Of a stretch of DNA of 64,000 bases, positions 58,761 to 64,000 are shown in pieces. The position numbers were made by a program, and so were the translations under genes. The notes beneath the pieces were generated by a model, which did not search any database, was not told where the DNA came from, and saw only the letters and a program-made list of their open reading frames with translations. How positions within the stretch are numbered: position 1 is the first letter of the stretch; each line of letters opens with the position of its first letter. This DNA comes from Clostridia bacterium (GTDB taxonomy: Bacteria > Bacillota > Clostridia > JAAYHZ01), in contig JBMNIH010000003.1 of NCBI GenBank assembly GCA_050950825.1, forward strand, positions 32,001 to 96,000. Direction: 5' to 3'.

Positions 58761-59539
58761 ATCTACTAGCTCAAGGAATATTCATCCGGTTGCATTTAAC
58801 GAAGTCTTAGCAATTGAGAACACTCGTAAACGCCGGAAGAACTAATCTGTGAGAACGAACTCATCATAGCAAATAAAACGGCTGTTTTTATCAGCTGACT
58901 TCGAAGATCAAATCTTAACGCATTTATTCCTAAGTTGCCGGAGTACTGCAAGAGAAAATCGGTCCATAAAGATGCGTCCTTATCGATTCTATTTAACTTT
59001 TCAATTAAAATTATTATATATTGTTATATTATTTTGATATTTACTATATTTTATGTTATGCTTTACTAGTGTTTAAAATATGATGCTAATAATCCAAGAA
59101 GTACTAGCCAACAAAGTGCTTTACGGTATTGATTCTCCTATCCCGGTGAGCTTTAACTGTAATCATTAGATGAACAACTTTAGTTAATATTCCAACAAAA
59201 AAAATTAATATAAAAATATGGAAAGGATTAACGTTCAATAGATAATCTCACAACAGCATAACCTTAAATAACTCTGCAAGTATATAAATCATTTAAATAT
59301 TGGCGGAGGTGAAGATTGATATAAACACAATACTCAGTATTTAATCATCAAAGGTATTGGCTTGTCTTATTAGTCAAGGAGTCCAAAATGTTAGCAACAA
59401 CATATTCCCACACAGTCAGGCAATCAAAAACATATTTTCACCAATGTCTGTATCTGTCCGGATAATGCAGGCATATCTTAATCCTCAAGGTAAAAAAAAC
59501 ATTAAGCTTCATACTTTATTAATGAAATGGAGGGTAATA

Positions 59540-61366
59540 ATGAAAAGGCTTCTAATTTTTACACTTGTTTTTGCATTACTGATATCTTTTGTTGCTTGTG
59601 CCGGCAGAACGGAAGATGATAGCTCTGACTCAACGACGACACAAAATACAACAACGACAACAAAAGTCGAAACAACAACGACTATAGAGAATCCTTTCAC
59701 CGAACATTTACAACTTACCTATTTAGTTGCATTTGCACTTGGCTACGAAGAAGGTCGCTGGGATGAACTGGAGCTTGAAGAAAAGTTCAATATCGATTTG
59801 AAGGTGTGGACTATTGATGCGGAAAGTTCCGAACAATGTACGTTGATGGCCGCTGCAGGTGATTGGCCTGATACAGGACACGTAGCTGCATATAGTCCTA
59901 ATCGTGCTTATGACGAAGGATTAATAAGGAGTATTTCGCTTGAGCAAATTCGAACCATGCTGCCGGAATATTACGGTATTCTTGAAAGCAACCCCATTGG
60001 ATTTAAAATAAACCAAATACAAGACAAACCCGGACATTATTACGGATTGTCTTTCTGCTATTCCCAAAACAACTATTGGTACCATGTAAATTGTTTCCGT
60101 TTGGATTGGCTCGAAAATATAGGTTATTCTATTAACGATTTAACCGAGGTAATATTTACCGATGATTTAATGAAAGAAGCCGATGATGTCGTCTACCTTT
60201 CAAATCGAGTGTTTACGTATGAGGAATTTAAAGATATAATGAGGGCTTTCACGGAAGAAGACCCTGATGGAAATGGAAACGACGATACATACGGTGCGAT
60301 GTTTCCGCTCTATGGGCCTTCTTTCGGGAGCACTTGGACAGATCTTTATACAGGTATGTTCGGTATTACAAAATCATATTCAACATGGTTATATTATGAA
60401 AAAGATACAGGCGACTATGTTCCCCCATATGCATACCACGGATGGAGGGATTTTTTAGTTTTCATTAACGAGATGTTAACGAAAGGCTATATGACCTATA
60501 TGCCCGATATCGCAAATGGAGATTATCTCAGTAACTTCTACGGTAATATATTAACTTGCCAATACGGTCATTTCCCTTTGGATACTAAATTTAATATGAA
60601 TCCCGGGGCTTCCGATCCTCCTATTGAAAGCGGAATACCTTTGGGCATGATGAAAAAAGATCCGGATGTTCGTCTGGTTATAGTACCCGCCATACTCGGA
60701 CCGGACGGAGTCGGCGGTAATGCGAGATATGTCGATTTGCCGTTCCGCGATGGAAGCTGGGGCACTTGGACATTTGGAATTGGATGCACGGATGAAAAAC
60801 TCGAAAGAGCATTAGCTTTAATGAGGTATACGCATTTTACGGATGAAGGTTTCTACCGCTATTATTACGGCATTGAAGGTATTCATTTTCGTTGGACCGG
60901 AGAACCTTACAACTCCGCAGCTGCACGAATTGACAGATCAAAAATTCCTCGAGAATATGCCGTTACGGCAGTGCAAGATATTTTTGCAACGGACAAATTT
61001 TTAGCGGATTTTCGTAAGTGGTCCATGATAGGTGAGTTTTTTTATCAATTAGGTAATTATCAGATAGATAACGGGTGGTACTTAAATTATACTCTAGAAC
61101 CGGATAAATTAATACACCGCCTCTATATGGGTGATGAATTGTATGAGGAATATATAGACTTATACAATGAAATTGGCAATGATATAATTACAGTGGCTTC
61201 TGACTTTAGAAATAAGGCTTTTAGAGGAGAACTGGCGAATATTAACGCCGAATGGCAAAATTATATCGAAACATTATATAATGCAGGTTTAAAACAATTA
61301 GTAGAAATATTTAATAGAGAAGATTTTGGTTTATACGATATCGATAAAACTGCTTTGTATCAATAA
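59540..61366 (+). CDS. Lipoprotein solute-binding protein, paralog 4
   Basis: RBS GGAGG, lipobox FVAC, Thr-rich linker, YEEGRWDELELEEKFNIDL, AFTEEDPDGNGNDDTY, YGIEGIHF. Confidence 0.88.
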   Translation: MKRLLIFTLVFALLISFVACAGRTEDDSSDSTTTQNTTTTTKVETTTTIENPFTEHLQLTYLVAFALGYEEGRWDELELEEKFNIDLKVWTIDAESSEQCTLMAAAGDWPDTGHVAAYSPNRAYDEGLIRSISLEQIRTMLPEYYGILESNPIGFKINQIQDKPGHYYGLSFCYSQNNYWYHVNCFRLDWLENIGYSINDLTEVIFTDDLMKEADDVVYLSNRVFTYEEFKDIMRAFTEEDPDGNGNDDTYGAMFPLYGPSFGSTWTDLYTGMFGITKSYSTWLYYEKDTGDYVPPYAYHGWRDFLVFINEMLTKGYMTYMPDIANGDYLSNFYGNILTCQYGHFPLDTKFNMNPGASDPPIESGIPLGMMKKDPDVRLVIVPAILGPDGVGGNARYVDLPFRDGSWGTWTFGIGCTDEKLERALALMRYTHFTDEGFYRYYYGIEGIHFRWTGEPYNSAAARIDRSKIPREYAVTAVQDIFATDKFLADFRKWSMIGEFFYQLGNYQIDNGWYLNYTLEPDKLIHRLYMGDELYEEYIDLYNEIGNDIITVASDFRNKAFRGELANINAEWQNYIETLYNAGLKQLVEIFNREDFGLYDIDKTALYQ

Positions 61367-61385
61367 GAATTATTTTAATGAATCG

Positions 61386-61421
61386 TATCCGGCTAAACAT
61401 ATCTAGCCGGATATTTTATTT
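61386..61421 (+). terminator. Intrinsic terminator
   Basis: TATCCGGCTA/TAGCCGGATA followed by TTTTATTT. Confidence 0.7.
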
Positions 61422-61811
61422 ATCGTATAACAAACCGGGAAATAAATTTATTTTTATTATTGCTATGAGGGTCATTTTCCTTTCATGTAATTCTATTCAC
61501 AGTAAAAGTCGCATTTAAGCATCCCTTTTTATTATAATGTCGGTTACAATCAAAAATGCTCTTCTGCGACTTTTTATGTATTTTTACCATTCGACTGCTT
61601 ATTTAATTGCAAAAACAAATCTTCTTCTGCAAGAATGCTCCTGTTTTGCCGTTGACCTTTGAATAAGTCATTTGGAATGATTCCAACAATAGGATCATAT
61701 TTAATAATTACCTTTCAAAAAATCGTTGTATTTATTTACTATACCCGTAATTTCCGAACTTTCCACTTTACGCATCAATCCGGAATTAACCGTTCTGTAT
61801 ATTTGATGCGT

Positions 61812-62679
61812 TTACCAAAAACGATTCCTTTCCTCATTCCACTTCATGATGTTTTCATCGTATTTTAATGTCCTAATAACCTTGAGCACCGCTCGAGTGA
61901 GCAGCCGCATGGCACATTTACCGAACCTTTCATTGCAGCCGTAGGGCGTATCGCCTGCATAATTGTTCGGATAGTTGACGCTCCAAAATTGCGTCGATTC
62001 TCCGAGGCCAAGCTCATATAAGTAATCCGCTCTATGGGTAGAAAGACCGGATAAGGCGTCGGCTTTGTCCATTCTTACAAGTTCGGGGCGGCAGCCGAAA
62101 ATAAGGGCGGTTTCGCCAAATCCTGCGTGCCCGTATGTCCGCTTGTTTTCAACAAATTCCTTTATAACCTCGATATCTTCATCGGTAAGTTCATATAGCG
62201 CCTCACGTCCCTTCTTTTTCAAGCACTTCCATCATGTAATACGGACTGCCGTATTTCGCGCCGAGAGAACATGAGGTAACCACATAATCCTTTTTATCAT
62301 GTAATGTGCTGCGTATGAAGTTCCCGATCATGAATTTATTGCCGCCGTGGCTGTTAAGCAGCAATATTTTTTTAAAACCGTTCCTTGCAATTTCGGAGCA
62401 CAGCTGCTTTAATAGCTCCTGCTGAAGCTCGACGGTGAGTCTTATGGCACCCTTCCAACGTATATGGCCTTGTACATCGCCAAACATAAAGGGCGGAAAC
62501 TCCATCACAGGCTCAATTTTGGCCGCTTCATGAAGAGCGTATGTAATTTTCATTGTGTCGGTAGCTACCGGCAAGTGTTGTCCGTGCATCTCAAGACACC
62601 CTACGGGCATCACGCAAAGCCCCTTCGTTTCTTCAATGGCTTCGTAAAACTCTTCTTCTCTCAAATCGGTCCACAGCAT
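61812..62679 (-). pseudogene. Creatininase/creatinine amidohydrolase-family gene split by a +1 frameshift near 62208
   Basis: PVGCLEMHGQHLPVATD and NSHGGN in one frame, GHAGFGETA in another. Junction reads GAA GGG A CGT. Confidence 0.82.
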
Positions 62680-62712
62680 ATCTTTACGCTCCTTCCGATG
62701 GATTTTTAGTCG

Positions 62713-63571
62713 TTATATAATGATTTTATTCATCACTTCATCGTTTTTTAACAACTTTAATACTTTCACCGTTCGTTCTACGGCGATCTCAACGGCTGCT
62801 TCTCCAATGGCATGGCTGCAGCCTATAGGTGCATGCCCGCTGTAAGCATTCGGGAAATTTCTATACCATGCCTTGCCCCAAAATAGGCCTTGTTCCGTTA
62901 TCGGGTCGGCTATATGCGTACTCATACCGGATTCCGCTTCCGCGCGGTCGAGTCTTACGAGCTCCGGATACGTTCCCATCACCATTGCGGTTTCTCCGAA
63001 CCCGGCATGGCCGTCAAATTTGCCTTTTGCAACGTAGTCCTCAAGCACGGCCACATCTTCATCCGTAAGGTTCGGGAAATAGTCCCGTCCCCGTTCATGA
63101 ATGACTCCTAGAATATCCTTAGGCATAATAAGCTTGTTGTAGAATATAAACACTTCATAGCTTTTTTTCGTTGAGGTAACGGCACGTGCGAAATTCTGCA
63201 AAAAGGCGTTATTGCCTCCGTGGCTTGAAAACAGCAATATCTTGGTAAAGCCGTTACGCCCGATCTCGTCGCAGATCTCACGTAAAAGACTTAACAGAAG
63301 CTCCGAGCTGAGTGCAACATAACCGTAATGAGCGCCTTCCCCCGCTCTATTTGCCTGAACTCCTTGTAAATCTCCGAAAAATAAAGGAGGAAAAACACAT
63401 ACTTCTTCTCTCTCCGAAGCCAATTCAAGTATTTTTCCTCCTTTTAGCGTATCCGTTCCTAACGGAAGATGTTGACCGTGTTTTTCTATGGAACCTATCG
63501 CCATTGCACACACCGTGAACACGTTCAAACATCGGCTTAAATTCTTCTTCTCGCAAGTTTATCCACAACAT
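62713..63571 (-). pseudogene. Second creatininase-family gene, frameshifted near its 5' end (about 63510)
   Basis: ATG at 63571 gives MLWINLREEEF (paralog: MLWTDLREEEF), out of frame with IGSIEKHGQHLPLGTD...SSHGGN...GHAGFGET. The break lies in a GT run. Confidence 0.82.
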
Positions 63572-63671
63572 AATGACACCTCTTAAACAATAATAATATT
63601 CATTAACTTAATCCATAAAGATACCGGTTTTTCGGATAAGCCGGTGACATGGCTTCATCCGTCTTTTTGTT

Positions 63672-64000
63672 TCATGCACGCCATTCTTCGTCCGTTTTTT
63701 TATCTAAGTGCAGGCTGTTTTCATAATCTTCTCTAGGTCCTGCATCGCTGTTGTCGATAGGCTGAAAGCCTAAGTCAAAAGCGGGGGAATTAGAGTGAAG
63801 CGCAAAATCACGGTTTTGGATATCTTTAAATAGAGGATCGCAAATTAAGGAATGACGGTCATAATCAAGATCGTTCCACTGCCTCATCATGATTTTATCC
63901 TCATCGGAAAACTCTTTAAAGGAGTATCCTTTTTGTATCCAACAGAAAGGTTCCTTTTGAGACATGTCATAAAACAGATTGAGGTCACTGAAAAAATTCC
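63672..64000 (-). CDS. 3' end of a right-handed beta-helix (pectin-lyase-fold) protein, 5' part beyond window
   Basis: SDLNLFY...W...D.HS.I.DPLFKD....DF.L..NSPAF.LGFQPI, the typical C-terminal cap. Confidence 0.7.
   Translation of the reverse strand, partial: NFFSDLNLFYDMSQKEPFCWIQKGYSFKEFSDEDKIMMRQWNDLDYDRHSLICDPLFKDIQNRDFALHSNSPAFDLGFQPIDNSDAGPREDYENSLHLDKKTDEEWRA

Noticed and set aside
62195-62225. Programmed ribosomal frameshift in the creatininase gene
   Set aside because: There is no canonical slippery heptamer with a downstream structure, the paralog is continuous at this position, and I know no precedent in this family.
13-63518. Numerous short ORF-track entries antisense to or nested in long genes (e.g. 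16485-16943, 19359-19871, 47415-47924, 49788-50333)
   Set aside because: They are shadow ORFs of well-supported genes, with no motifs or RBS.
1-64000. CRISPR array, rRNA or tRNA genes
   Set aside because: I saw no regularly spaced short repeats with unique spacers, no cas genes and no rRNA or tRNA signatures. The long repeats are intragenic.

Overview
Firmicute (Clostridia-like) chromosomal window, code 11. I found no rRNA, tRNA or CRISPR array. From left to right: (1) 1-6.4 kb, the end of a capsule/EPS module on the minus strand: two BY-kinases, PHP phosphatase, Wzz, CapD/PglF and a DegT aminotransferase running off the edge. (2) 6.4-14.2 kb, a decayed flagellar region: a flagellin C-terminal pseudogene and flgN/yviE/yvyF-like scraps, with flgM, fliW, csrA and sigma28-like promoters intact. 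It is interrupted by an orphan solute-binding lipoprotein, an M14 peptidase and a PIN-domain pseudogene. (3) 14.4-17.8 kb, a toxin-antitoxin patch (mazF pseudogene, MNT-HEPN pair) with a complete IS110 element inserted between the Shine-Dalgarno and ATG of the MNT gene. The element's left non-coding end holds a bridge-RNA-like internal loop whose two sides match the reconstructed target. (4) 18-34 kb, glycan catabolism: two more orphan SBPs, BNR/sialidase-like proteins, a membrane-anchored protein with three CBM9-like repeats, GH95 and AraC. (5) 34-45 kb, a Wzx/Wzy repeat-unit cluster with two unusual fusions. (6) 45-64 kb, an FG-GAP protein, a URO-D-like protein, a BNR protein, a 25-aa hydrophobic peptide, a NucS-like/repeat/DUF2325 protein, an AKR-like protein, GH3, an XRE regulator, a fourth orphan SBP and two tandem frameshifted creatininase-family genes. 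The strongest leads are the SD-targeting IS110 bridge RNA, the permease-less SBP paralog family and the NucS-DUF2325 protein. All family calls are motif recognition by eye, with no database searches.
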